DNA of 63,167 nt, filler included, from Folioceros fuciformis (lineage: Eukaryota), in NCBI GenBank assembly GCA_049999805.1. It is 8 parts of 8 records of this genome, joined end to end, with 100 filler letters (N's around TTAATTAATTAA, not from the genome) between each part and the next. Parts side by side here need not be neighbours in the genome. Positions count along the whole stretch, not along the records: positions 1 to 13,902 come from JBNGIO010006014.1; 7 more parts are not named here. One strand, 5' to 3'. Of this stretch, positions 1 to 10,449 are shown piece by piece. How positions within the stretch are numbered: the first letter of the stretch is position 1; every line of letters starts with the position of its first letter. The notes under the pieces were generated by a model. That model had not been told where the DNA came from. It worked only from the letters and a program-made list of their open reading frames with translations, and made no database searches. A program made the translations under genes and the position numbers.

Positions 1-702
1 GCACACGAGAATGCAGACGTCTCCGAAGCCAGAGCCAGAGCTGGAGGAACGGCAATGAATCTTGCATCGCCAGCCTGGACGCCACAGGGAACCGCGCTCG
101 AGAACCTGTCCTCGGCCGCCAACAGCCATACTTAGATGCTGCGGCTGCATCGGGAGGGAAGGGACTTCGCCGCCGGCTCGTCCGACATGCGAGCATCGGT
201 TGCTGTCCCCGCTGCTGATCGAAACCGGAGAAGAGGCGTCTTGACAAGGCGCAATGCCGTTAGTAGGCAAGGCGGCGGGCCGGCTGCAGTCAGGAAAGAC
301 TCCGAACACACCTTCGCCACCGCCGAGATGCGTTCGGTCACCGGTGTCCACGGATACTATCGACCGCAGGAGCAGCACCTGTCGGAAGGCAACACATGCG
401 CACACATCTGGCATCAAGATCGGCCGCCCCCTTCGATTCCAAGCTGGTATTCGAGGGGAGCGCGAACCGCAGCAGTCATCTCGCGATGCCGAGGCGACCG
501 CCTTAGACGGCGAAGGGGCGGCCAAGAAATAAAAAAGTATGGGAACCTTGCCCAACATTTCACATTGCAAATGCCACGGAGCCCCAGCACAGCCAGACCG
601 TCAAAAATGATGGTCATGGAAGGCTCGGATGAGGGGTTCAGGGCCCCATTACAAAATATGGAAACACTTCACAATTCAGGTAACATGTACTCCATGGATC
701 CT

Positions 703-1310
703 TCAGGACCTGGGAGCAGCTAGTAAGGAGAGCTGGGACCTGAGGTCGTGGTTGGATGGGGCAGCGGCGTCGGTATACAGCGTGAAGGTCCAGACGTTGG
801 TGCTGACGGTGGCGCCGGTGGCATCTACGGAGGAGCGGATGGTGCGCTGCGTAGCCACTCCCCTGGCGAACCTGAAGGGTCCGGTGCCGCCTACAATCGC
901 CAGCTCCCTGCACACACGCAACGAGTGAAGTTGAATTTGGTAGTCGAAGCAGGGTGAGGATGATTTCCAGAAAGCTGCAGCTCCCACCTCTCTGAGTCGG
1001 CCTTGTCAGTGGTGCCAACCACCACGATGTTGCCCTTGAAGACGCCCCCGAGGCTGAAGCAGAAGGTGATGTAGAGCGAGGTGTTGCTGTAGCCGGTGGC
1101 GGAGTCGGTTGAGGCTCCGAAGCCCTTGGCCCTCCCAACCGACTGCGAGCTGCTGTTGTCGGTGGCGGTGAGCGGGTCGTCGAACACCAGCACCGAGCCA
1201 TACCCGTATTTGCTGACGTCGCCGTTGATGCCTGCCACGACAACCTCGGTCCCGTCGGCCGGCCCGACTCGCAGGTGAGCGTACGCCTTGAAGGTGAAGA
1301 GGGGAGCCAT
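703..1310 (-). CDS. Dirigent-domain protein, 2 exons (1310-988, 907-703)
   Basis: Dirigent motifs VFDDPLT, VGRAKG and ELAIVGGTGPFRFARG. An 80-nt GT..AG intron (987-908) joins the two ORFs in frame as ...DKADSE-R-ELAIVGGTG. No obvious signal peptide. Confidence 0.85.
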
Positions 1311-1945
1311 TGCGGAAGTTTGGAGCTGGTGCCTTCACGTTTGCAGCTGATGTCGATCTGGACTGTGGTGTGGATCCGGAGACGAGAGCCGAGCCCAAAG
1401 TCTTATCAGCAACCACGTCCACTCTTGTTCGCACTATGGATTGTGGACGCGACTCCTCTTGTGAAGAGGCGAGCTAGTCCTCCCAATAATTCATGTCAGA
1501 CAGGAACACCGGCTCGACGACGACTTACGGTGACTCAGGAACACCCTTCCCAGCCCAGGCCCCGGCCCACGTGCTCACTTTTTCATTAATGCAACTTCGG
1601 ATATCATGGGCTGCTGGCTAGCCGTAAAAATCAGGTGGCCAGGTCTGGACGCCACCGATCCACTCGTGGAGCCGTGTCATGCTTCATGTATGACATCCCT
1701 TGGCTTGTGCATAGGGATACGGTCACCATCTAGATACGTATAGTTTTGAGGGCACCGGCAACCGGTGAAATAAAGCGGCACGGGCAAACCGTGGGTTATC
1801 GCCGCGAAAAACGGGCTGGCAATGCAGATCACGAGCGAACTGCTGTCCATTGTTCTAAAGCGCACACTATTACACTACACACAATATACGTATATGAATA
1901 TGCGTATATCTTTAATAAAATATTGACTTGCGCCTGCCCTGGAAC

Positions 1946-2038
1946 CAAGTCCCGCTTCTTCTTCCACGGGCAGAACTAAGTCTCGCTTCTTCGTCTTCCG
2001 CGGGCAGAACCAAGTCTCGCTTCTTCTTCTTCCAAGGG
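1946..2038. repeat. Short tandem repeat, about 33-bp unit x3
   Basis: AAGTCTCGCTTCTTC..TTCC.CGGGCAGAAC repeated three times. Confidence 0.6.
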
Positions 2039-2365
2039 CAAAGAGCAAAGAAGGCTTGCCATGGATTTGCCATTGCATTCCGGAGCTCCATGGGTTTGAA
2101 ATTGCAGGAGACTAAGCCCCATGGATTTGTAGGCAGGAATCTAAGGCCCATGGATTGGAAGGCTGCAGGAGCCTGAGCTCCATGGATATGAAGACTGTAA
2201 GTAAGAAGGTCATGGAAGCAAAAGGGCACTATAGTGAATGGAAACTAAATCCACAAAGCAACAAAAACATGGAAGCCAAGGTACTCTTCTAGAAAGAAAA
2301 ACCATGGCATGCAACCCCTGCCATTGTCCTGGAAAACAAGGCATGTAATTATCTACCATTGGCCT

Positions 2366-3130
2366 CTATGCATTCTCTTTGCCACCTCCTACATTCCAAG
2401 TGATTTTCTTCTTTTTCCCCTCGGGAGGGGAAAAGAAAGGTCTCAACCTAGCTCCATTGTTTGGTCCTTCAACTGGTATAAAAGGTTGTAATGAACTGCA
2501 TTTCAGCTGTCTGCCAGTCTCTTGCATTTGGGCTATGAGCTGCTTCACAGCCAACAAAGTATTCTGCACAAGGACATCAGCCTCAAACACAATACCATCG
2601 TGCATGTACACACAATCCTAAATGTCCTTGCACCCTTGTTATACAATCACTAGCTAATTTTCCTTCAATTCTTGATATCTAGGCTTATGACATTCTATTG
2701 GAGGTGGTACACTTGGGGTAGAATACTCATCCAATGAAGCTCGGAAGGTAGTCTCATCGTCATGTGTACAATGAAGCCAATTTAACCGTAATGTTGTGTC
2801 CACTTCCTCCCCTTCCTTTCCATTACTCGTTGCAAACTTGCGACTAAGGGCTGACGTATGAGTAAACACCCCAAGCATCTGCTAAACTTTCACAACGTGC
2901 TTACATAAAAAACCTTGTTGTCCTTGTGGACAGCTGCAAGTTGCCCACATGGACATTGGATCAGTGACCACATAAGCTGGCTTCCGAGGATTTGCTGTAG
3001 ACATACACTTAGCCACACCATAAGGCACTATAGGAAGGGTCACCATATCATTAAGGATATCATTTGCACCAGCTACTGCATGTTTGTGCAACTGTTTTTG
3101 CTTAGTAATCATGGTCTAACCCAGACAGGC
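2366..3130 (-). pseudogene. SWIM zinc-finger (MULE/Mutator transposase-type) C-terminal fragment, decayed
   Basis: ORF 2882-3112 has AYVVTDPMSMWATCSCPQGQQGFLCKHVVKV (SWIM CxC-x8-CxH) preceded by a DILNDMVTLP..AKCMS segment typical of plant SWIM/MULE proteins. It continues through stop-broken ORFs 2654-2878 and 2366-2611. No DDE core is visible. Confidence 0.6.
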
Positions 3131-3585
3131 GTATTCTGCAAAGCCCGTTTTGCGCATTTCACATTTGTCGTGATCGGCACTCCTTACCTACTAATCATCG
3201 GATTTCACAAACAATGACGCCACCAACATGTATTCGAATATATTTGTTGCTGCAAAGGTCAATAAAACCAAAATTACTGAAGAAAACAGTTTGAGTCTTC
3301 TTTGCGAAACTTGATTTTTCGCATTCCTAAACATATCGAGCGCCGGTCAACCGACGCACAAATGTTTAAAAGTACTTAAAGTTTACATTCAAACCAATTT
3401 CAAATTAAGTCAAGTTTTAACCCTAAACAACAAACAAGGTCATCTTGGTTGGTTTCGAAGTCCACAACTACATCTAAATCATTCAAGCGTTGTGCATCAG
3501 TATCAACAAAGTCATTGGCACCCACCCGAAGCACCGAGAAGTTGGGGTCCTCTGTAGTTTGAGGTGGCAGAGTGCAATTCTCATC

Positions 3586-6500
3586 CTAGATAGTGATGGC
3601 GTAAAGGTCTTCCGCAGGCCTATCATCAATCTGATGTATGACCTCTCCTTTCTTGCCCAACATACTGAACACCATCAGCTTACGGTCCACGCTCCCATCA
3701 CCGCATACTTCCTTCGCCCAAAACTTTGATGGGCCTCGCGTAAAGGACTCTGCAGTAATCTCCTCATCTGCGTCAGGCAAAGACCCTAGCCCAATAATCC
3801 ACTACATGATATATGATGTGCACCTCACATCGACATCAATCGCAACCGCGTGCCTTCCATCTTGCACTGCACTTCGGAGAAGAGACAGAGAGCCTGCACA
3901 TGCATCCGTGCAACTCTAAACCCTAAACCACCCAGTCCCCCTCACACAAAAACATGTTTATTAGCATTCGCATCAACCCCAATGGTTTTTGGTAAGGTGA
4001 GACGACATGCCCATCTGCTGAATGAAACAGGTGGTTCTTCACCACCGCTCCATGCCTTATAACCCTTGGGAGCAGAAATCCATGATTCGCAAACAATGTA
4101 GCCTTTGATTCTTGAGCCTCTATGTGAACTGCACTCCCAACAGTGACATACTCCACTGTTTCCACTACTCCTGCGTTTGGGGGTATGTTCGTCTTCTCCC
4201 ATACTAGTGTCTGGATGCTCCCCTTCTTGCACCATGGCCGCAGGGCCTCCCTTGCTTCCGAAATCATGTCCACTCCGTGCATTAGAATAACCCTATAAAT
4301 ATTGCTCGAGGTGCATTCACTGAACCCTCGTAGCATTTCATCCAAATCTGCCACATTCATCTGCCTGTCATATTCATGTCGTTGTAAGCCCCGAGGCAAA
4401 TCTACAAATAGCAGCGTGTAGGGTCGTTTGACAAGGAATGCCTTCATTTCCAGAACATTCCTTTGAATCACCTAGTATTTGACCTTTGAGTTACTCGTTG
4501 GAACCCGGAAATCCGATAGCCCTGCGTCCATATCCGCTGCCGCCAACTTTTGTTTCTCCTCTTCCATCCTTTTCCAGTTTTTCGCCGAATAGACAAAATC
4601 CTGGAAAGGCTTCGGGAGGGACTCCAAGTCCGCTCTCTCTGAGGGTTTCTACAACTAGAATGGTGCACGTTAGTCTGGCTATCGATAAACCCTACTGTAG
4701 CATGAACATACATGAGTGTGCTGGTAGATTGGCACACTCGAGACCGCTGAGCCGGTAGACTGGCGCATTTGACTCAGTGCAGGCCCAATGCACCGGTACA
4801 CCAGCGCACTCGACTCAGTGCAGGCCCAATGCACCACTAGACCAGCGCACTTGACTCAGTGCAGGCCCAGTGTGCCGGTAGACCGGCGCACTCGACTCAG
4901 TGCAGGCCCAGTGCACCGGTAGACCGGCACACTCGAATCAGTGCAGGCCCAGTGCGCCGATAGACCGGTGCACTCGAGACCCGAGCCAGCACTAGTGCGG
5001 CAGTCTACCGACGCATTGGAGATCCCGGGGTCTCGAGTGCGCAGGTAGACCAGTGCACTTGGGCCTAATGGCTCGGGCCAAAGTCTGGCGATAGACTAGC
5101 GCACACGAGCCTCACCCATCTCGAGTGCGCAGGTCTACCGGCGCACAGGAGATCCCATGGGCTCAAGTGCACCGGTAGACCGGCGCACTGGGCCTGCAGG
5201 AAGTCCAGTGCGCCGGTAGACTGGCGCACTCCAGCAGCTGGAGGCAAGAGTGCGCCGGTCTACCGACGCACTCCAGCTTAATGAACCGGATTAGTAACAA
5301 GAGAAAAGAACGGAAAAACTTACCACTTTGGCGAAGGCAATCTGGAATTTCAGGAGATGATCGTCTTCTGTGTGCTTCGGGTACATCTCTTTGGCCTCCT
5401 CAAATGTGTTGCACTTCATTGCTAGTCGGAAGGCATGTTGGATCAGGTGTATCTTCTTCTTCTTCCCCACTTCAGTGCCCATGTCTCGTAATGAAGCTTC
5501 CCCTGGATGACCTTCTGTGTCACTGCTATGAGCATCTCCTCTCCCTTTACACCTGTTGGGATGCCTTGAAATGCTCTCCATGGCCTGCCCTGCATAGCTC
5601 CTGGCCTCCTGCTGTTGTCTTTGGTCACCTGGGTAACAGAACTTTGCAGGGCAGAATCTCCTGTCTTCCTTTTCGCCTTTGCCTTCTTCGTTGTCCCGAC
5701 TGTTACCATGCTCTTCTGCTTTGGGAGCTCACCCTGTTTCCACATTCTACAGATCCTATGCACATTGTCCCACATAACACCTGTGCATCTGGCTACCCGA
5801 TAAGGCAAAGTCTGCCTGTCCACCATCTTTTGCACCCAATCTGCGTCGTGGGGATCTCCACCTTCTTCAGTCATCCCTAGCAACCTGTATAGGTTGAACT
5901 TCCACTTGACTGGTGGCTTCTCTTCTCTTGAATAATGCCTAAAGAAAATGTCAAGCTCGTCATGGATGTATCTGACCTGCTCAATAAACCCCATCCTTTT
6001 CCGCTTGTCTGCATAGACATTGTGGTCGACAGCGAGAACCCTCATCTCTTCCTCTGTCAACCCAGCATACAGGTGCCCTTCCATCCATTCATATTTATCT
6101 TCTGCGGGGAACATTTGATGTAGTTTCTGCATGGCTGCAAAACAGTGGTTGCCCCCTAACACTCCCATGTGCTATTGCTGCGCCGTGATCCTGTCCAAGG
6201 AAACCTCTTCCTTGCTCACTGCTTGTTTAGGATCAATCATACACAGGAGGGGCAAGATCCCTTCCTTAACAGAGCCAACCTGCATCTGCCTCACTAAGCT
6301 TTTCATCCAAGCATCGCCTACCTGCCTTATCTGTGCGTCAGAGGTGATAAAGGAGGCAGGATGCAAAATATCCCCATGTAGATCAAACGTTGTGGACCTT
6401 ATCCTCTTAGCATGGGCCTTCTTCCTGATCCCATTTAGGTAGTCCTTATCTTGCGCTAACCTCTCCAACCTCTTTGTGTTTGTTTCCACTGCTCGGGTTG

Positions 6501-7012
6501 GCTCTAGCTGCACCTGCTACATTGCACCGCCCTTCCATCTTTTCTGCTTTGTTGCCTGCCCTCTTGTTGCAATGCTTGCAGCTTTTCATTGTTTCGGCTG
6601 CGGAGATGTGGCTGTGCAGACATACAGGAGGAGTAACATCGGGGTCAACGGTAGTGTTTCATCAACAGAATCCAGGAAGCTAGCAACAAATCCAAAGCAA
6701 AATTACAAGCGTGCTCACAACAACCTCACCGGATGTCATCTTCCGCCGTTTCGCAGGAGATTCTGATGCTTTCCTTTTCCGCTGCCCTGGTGCGCTGGTA
6801 GACCGGCGCTCCTAGGTCACCCTCTTCCACGGTGGAGTGATCTCCACAAGAGACTCCTCTGATGCATCACCCTGGCAGGAATTGCGGGGCGTCTCCAGAG
6901 CTTCATTTAGACTGTCTTCCGTTGAGGAGTATTGAGCCATCTCCCCCACGTCCTCGACTTCCTCCTCTTTGCTGTGATATGGAACGTAGGGTGAGTTAGA
7001 AATGCCATGCAA
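3586..7012 (-). pseudogene. Spliced ParB/Srx-like domain + beta-class N4-cytosine/N6-adenine DNA methyltransferase fusion, disrupted
   Basis: ParB-like: IRQVGDAWMKSLVRQM..PLLCMID..GVLGGNHCFAAMQKL..LYAGLTEEEMRVLAVDHN (6513-6020). Phase-0 intron 5323-4649 (GTAAGT..CTAAC..TTGTAG). MTase: VIQRNVLEM..YTLLFVDLPRG (motif IV-like), LVWEK, SPYQKPLGLMRMLI..EGDWV, then DACAGS..AVQDGRHAVAIDVD (motifs I-II). Lesions: TAG stops at 6812, 6172, 4472 and 3802, a frameshift near 5493 and an insertion within 3907-3928. Confidence 0.8.
4714..5273. repeat. Intronic array of about 14 palindromic units, consensus AGTGCGCCGGT-AG-ACCGGCGCACT
   Basis: Six tandem 41-bp units (cores at about 4752, 4793, 4834, 4875, 4916, 4957), one unit at 4714, then seven units with differing spacers and mixed orientation (AG or CT centre) up to 5273. 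Confidence 0.9.
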
Positions 7013-7917
7013 AAGCGTCTTGCATCAAGCAGATGCTTTACTAAGAAGAATAAACAATCAACTAAGGTTTAGGTTCATAGGTGGGCTTTTAAAGGGTCAC
7101 GAAGGGTTGTGTCCTTTCGCTAGCTTGCTAGTTAACTAACTACATTTAAAGCTAAGGCCTAGTTAGACTAACCAACGTGGTACAAAACCAACATGTTCTG
7201 CTTTTTCTTCTAACTCTCCCTCTCACACACGTTGCAGGTTGCTTTTATCTAAGAGCTCCATTAAACAAAAGGAGATCACTCTTGTTGTAGTTAAGTTTCC
7301 AGCCTTGCTCAATTCGGCTATCACCTAGAGTTGGTCGAACTACCTCGCGGTGAGCCTGTAGTGTACAACAACTCGTGGAGAAGAACACCACTCTTGTGAC
7401 CAGAAAAGAGTAAGCTTTCTACAACAACTCCACTCAGGTACTTCAGGATTGTAACTCTTTGGAAGCGTAAGTAGAACTCCCTCTGCAGCAGAGATAATCT
7501 GCATGTCTTCAAAGATGGTGAAGTCGGCTTGTTGAACTCCCTTTTTTTTTATATTCCATAGGTGCCTTGGGTGTGACTAAAGCGGAAGCTCTCGTGCACA
7601 CGAAACAAGTGCACAAGCAGGAATGAATTTAATTAAGACAAAGTATGCTTAAATACAAAAATGTCCGTGTAACCCTAAGTTACTGTTTAATAAACAACCC
7701 TAAATAAATTAACCTAATGGCGTGGTTAAACACCATTTACTAACACTCCCTCTTAACCCGTCCACAGGGTTAATAAACCGAGTGCCTTATTGACGATCCG
7801 TGCATGCATTACATTCAGGCGCGAGGTGTGTTCCTCGCGACAGTCTCTTCGCATACTCCAGTACGCAGCATGGAAGCCACGCCTGCACCATGGAGCCTTC
7901 TTATTCAAGTGATTGCG

Positions 7918-8562
7918 ATGGAGAGCACAATGGCTCGGCTCAAGCACTGTGGACTCCCCAGGCAGAAGCGATCACGAACTCCACCTGAGCTGAAGAAGGT
8001 GTCCCGGTACAGCACAGATGAGGAGGATAGTGACCTGAAGGATCGCCAGATTAGGGTCAAGCTTGAGCATGACGACAAGGGGAAGACCAGCGCTCCCTCT
8101 AGACGGAGGACAGCCTAGCAACTCGCTCCCTCTGTTGCCACTCAACCTGCAAGCCCTAGCTCCTAGTGGCCTACCCAAACAGAACGCAACCTCCTGTGGC
8201 ATCTCCACAAAACGCTGGAGAAATGTGATGAATTGAAGACTGTCCTGAATTCTGCAAAAGAGAGGACGTAGGAACTCGAAGCTCTTCTGCAGGAGTCGCA
8301 GCCCAAGGACATCTTAGCTCATCCGCTGACACCTGCTGAGTGTAGGGCTGTCATACGAGAACTGGAGCTCCTGGGCTACATCTACAAGCCACCGTCCTAG
8401 CTTGGTAAGCTCACTTCTGTTTGTTTTGGCAGCATTCACAATTGGGTTTAGCAGGACTACTTCATCCACTGAACGTGCCATGTGTTTCTCAACCTGTATG
8501 CAGCACATAGATAGCACGGGGACATGCCCTGTCCACAGGGAACCAAGGAAGTTTGCCTGTAA
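7918..8562 (+). pseudogene. Antisense accessory ORF between pol stop and PPT of Copia-1
   Basis: One frame reads MESTMARLK..RNLLWHLHKTLEKCDELKTVLNSAKERT*ELEALLQESQ..CRAVIRELELLGYIYKP and is broken only by TAG/TGA stops consistent with CAG/CGA deamination. Confidence 0.45.
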
Positions 8563-10347
8563 AGCAGTCCCTGTGTGGACATGTCATTTTCCTGTCAGCT
8601 GTCGCTGCTGCTGTCATAGGTTGGTACAGATCTTTTAGGCTGAAGTAGGCATAGAGAACACCCTTAGCCCTAGGGCTGCAAGGTGCTTGTTGTGCTTTGG
8701 CTTACTCAAGCCTTTTGTAAGAATATCAGCCACGTTTTCGTCAGTGCTGACATACTCCACTTTTACTATGCCTCTTTCAGCCACATATCGAATATAGTGA
8801 TGATAAAGCTCGATATGCTTGGTTCTCGCATGAAAACGAGGGTTGGAGACCAAGGCTATGGCAGACATGTTGTCGCAAAACAGCAGAGTTGGCCCTTGCT
8901 GAGGTAAGTGCACAGCATCTAAAAATTGTCGTTCCCATTCTAACTCCTTGCATGCATCTGTCAGGGACTTATATTCGGCTTCAGTTGAAGACAAAGTAAG
9001 GGAAGTCTGTTTCTTACACGACCAGTTAACGGCCCCTTGAGCTAGCAAGAACACATGGGCAGAAAGGCTTTTCCTTGTGTCCGCATCCGACGCCCAGTCG
9101 GCATCAGCAAAAGAGGACAGGTGAAATTCCCTCCTGCCAGTGCTTGTATGGTGCAAGCCATATTGCAGAGTCCCTCGAAGATAGCGGTATATTCGTTTGA
9201 CAGCACCCCAGTGGGCCTTGCCAGGTGCTTTCAAGAATTGGGACACAACACTAATAGAGTAGCTGATGTCCAGACGTGTCCAATTAGCAAGGAAGATCAA
9301 ACATCCTACAGCCTCAGCATAGCGAACACCAGTCATCATAGCCTCGTCAACGGCATCCTGTGGTGACTGCTCCAAGGTCAGTTTTTTCCCCACTGCTGTA
9401 GGTGTTGATACAGACTTAGCAGAGTCCAAATTAAACCGTTTGAGAATCTCTTTAATGTATTTAGTCTGATGGAGGATGATGGTCCCTTGTGGTCTGTCCC
9501 GTAGAATCTGTATCCCAAGGCAGAACGCAAGGGGGCCCTGATCCGTCATCTCAAACTCAGATCTTAGCAAAGATTTAACCTTATCCAATTGAGCAGGATG
9601 ATTACTTAACAGGATGGCATCATCAACATATAGCGCCAAGATGACAAAGAGCCCATCAGACTCAAGATAAAACACATTGGAGTCAGCAGGTGATTGGACA
9701 AACCCATGCCTTTTAAGGAATTTCATTATCCTCTTGTACCAAGCACGAGGGCTTTGCTTGAGCCCGTATATGGTTTTTAGCAACTTACAGACTTTATCCG
9801 GAAACTGCTTGTCAACAAACCCTTCAGGTTGAACCATGTACAAGACCTCCTCGAGTTCGCCATGAAGGAAGGCCGTGCATACGTCCATCTAGTGGAGTTC
9901 AAGGTCAAATTCAACAGCCATTGCCAGCAGAATCCGGACAGAGGGTGGCTTAACGACGGGAGAAAATGTGTCTCCATAGTCAATTCCAGGTATCTGCGGG
10001 TTACCCACGAGCTACTAGACGTGATTTTTACCGGGCAATTGACCCATCTGCCTTGAGCTTGGTTTTTAAAACCCACTTACATGTGATAGGTTTCCTTCCA
10101 GACGGCAGATCTGCAAGTTTCCATGTGTGATTCTTCACCAAGGAATTATACTCGTCATTAATGGAGATTCTCCAATGCTTGCCATCAGGCCCCTCTAGGG
10201 CTTCCTTGTAACTCTGAGGATCAGGTCAAACCTCAGGCACATGTACATCAGAAAAATGAGCAGACGGCCTTCGAAAATCAATGGCCTGGTATGGAGGTTC
10301 CTGCCACTCAGATCGTGGCCTGCGCTCACAAGCAGGGTGCCTAGGAG

Positions 10348-10449
10348 AGGTATCCCCCACTGCAGCAGCAGAAGCGGTATCCCCCACTGCAGCAGCAGAA
10401 GCGGTATCCCCCACTGCAGCAGCAGAAGCGGTATCCCCCACTGCAGCAG
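10348..10449. repeat. 27-bp in-frame tandem repeat x4 in Copia-1 integrase-RT linker
   Basis: Encodes (AAAVGDTAS) x4 on the minus strand. Confidence 0.85.

Noticed and set aside
62-723. 195-aa plus-strand ORF and overlapping ORFs
   Set aside because: No recognisable domain; GC-rich sequence readily gives such frames.
1865-2236. CACTA-like termini (CACTA at about 1865-1877; CACTATAGTG at 2227)
   Set aside because: No matching TIR partner, TSD or Tnp2 transposase was found.
4714-5273. CRISPR array (palindromic repeats with short variable spacers)
   Set aside because: Six spacers are near-identical, the spacers are only about 17-24 bp, repeats flip orientation, the array lies in a spliceosomal intron, and there are no cas genes.
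3586-7012. Bacterial or phage contamination as the source of the ParB-MTase
   Set aside because: The gene has a canonical spliceosomal intron with a branch point, shows plant-style decay, and is contiguous without gaps with a plant dirigent gene and a Copia element.
8402-8638. RING-like CFSTC..CPVHR in the Copia-1 3' region
   Set aside because: It lies in a different frame from the more coherent antisense ORF and gives only half a RING, so it cannot be supported.
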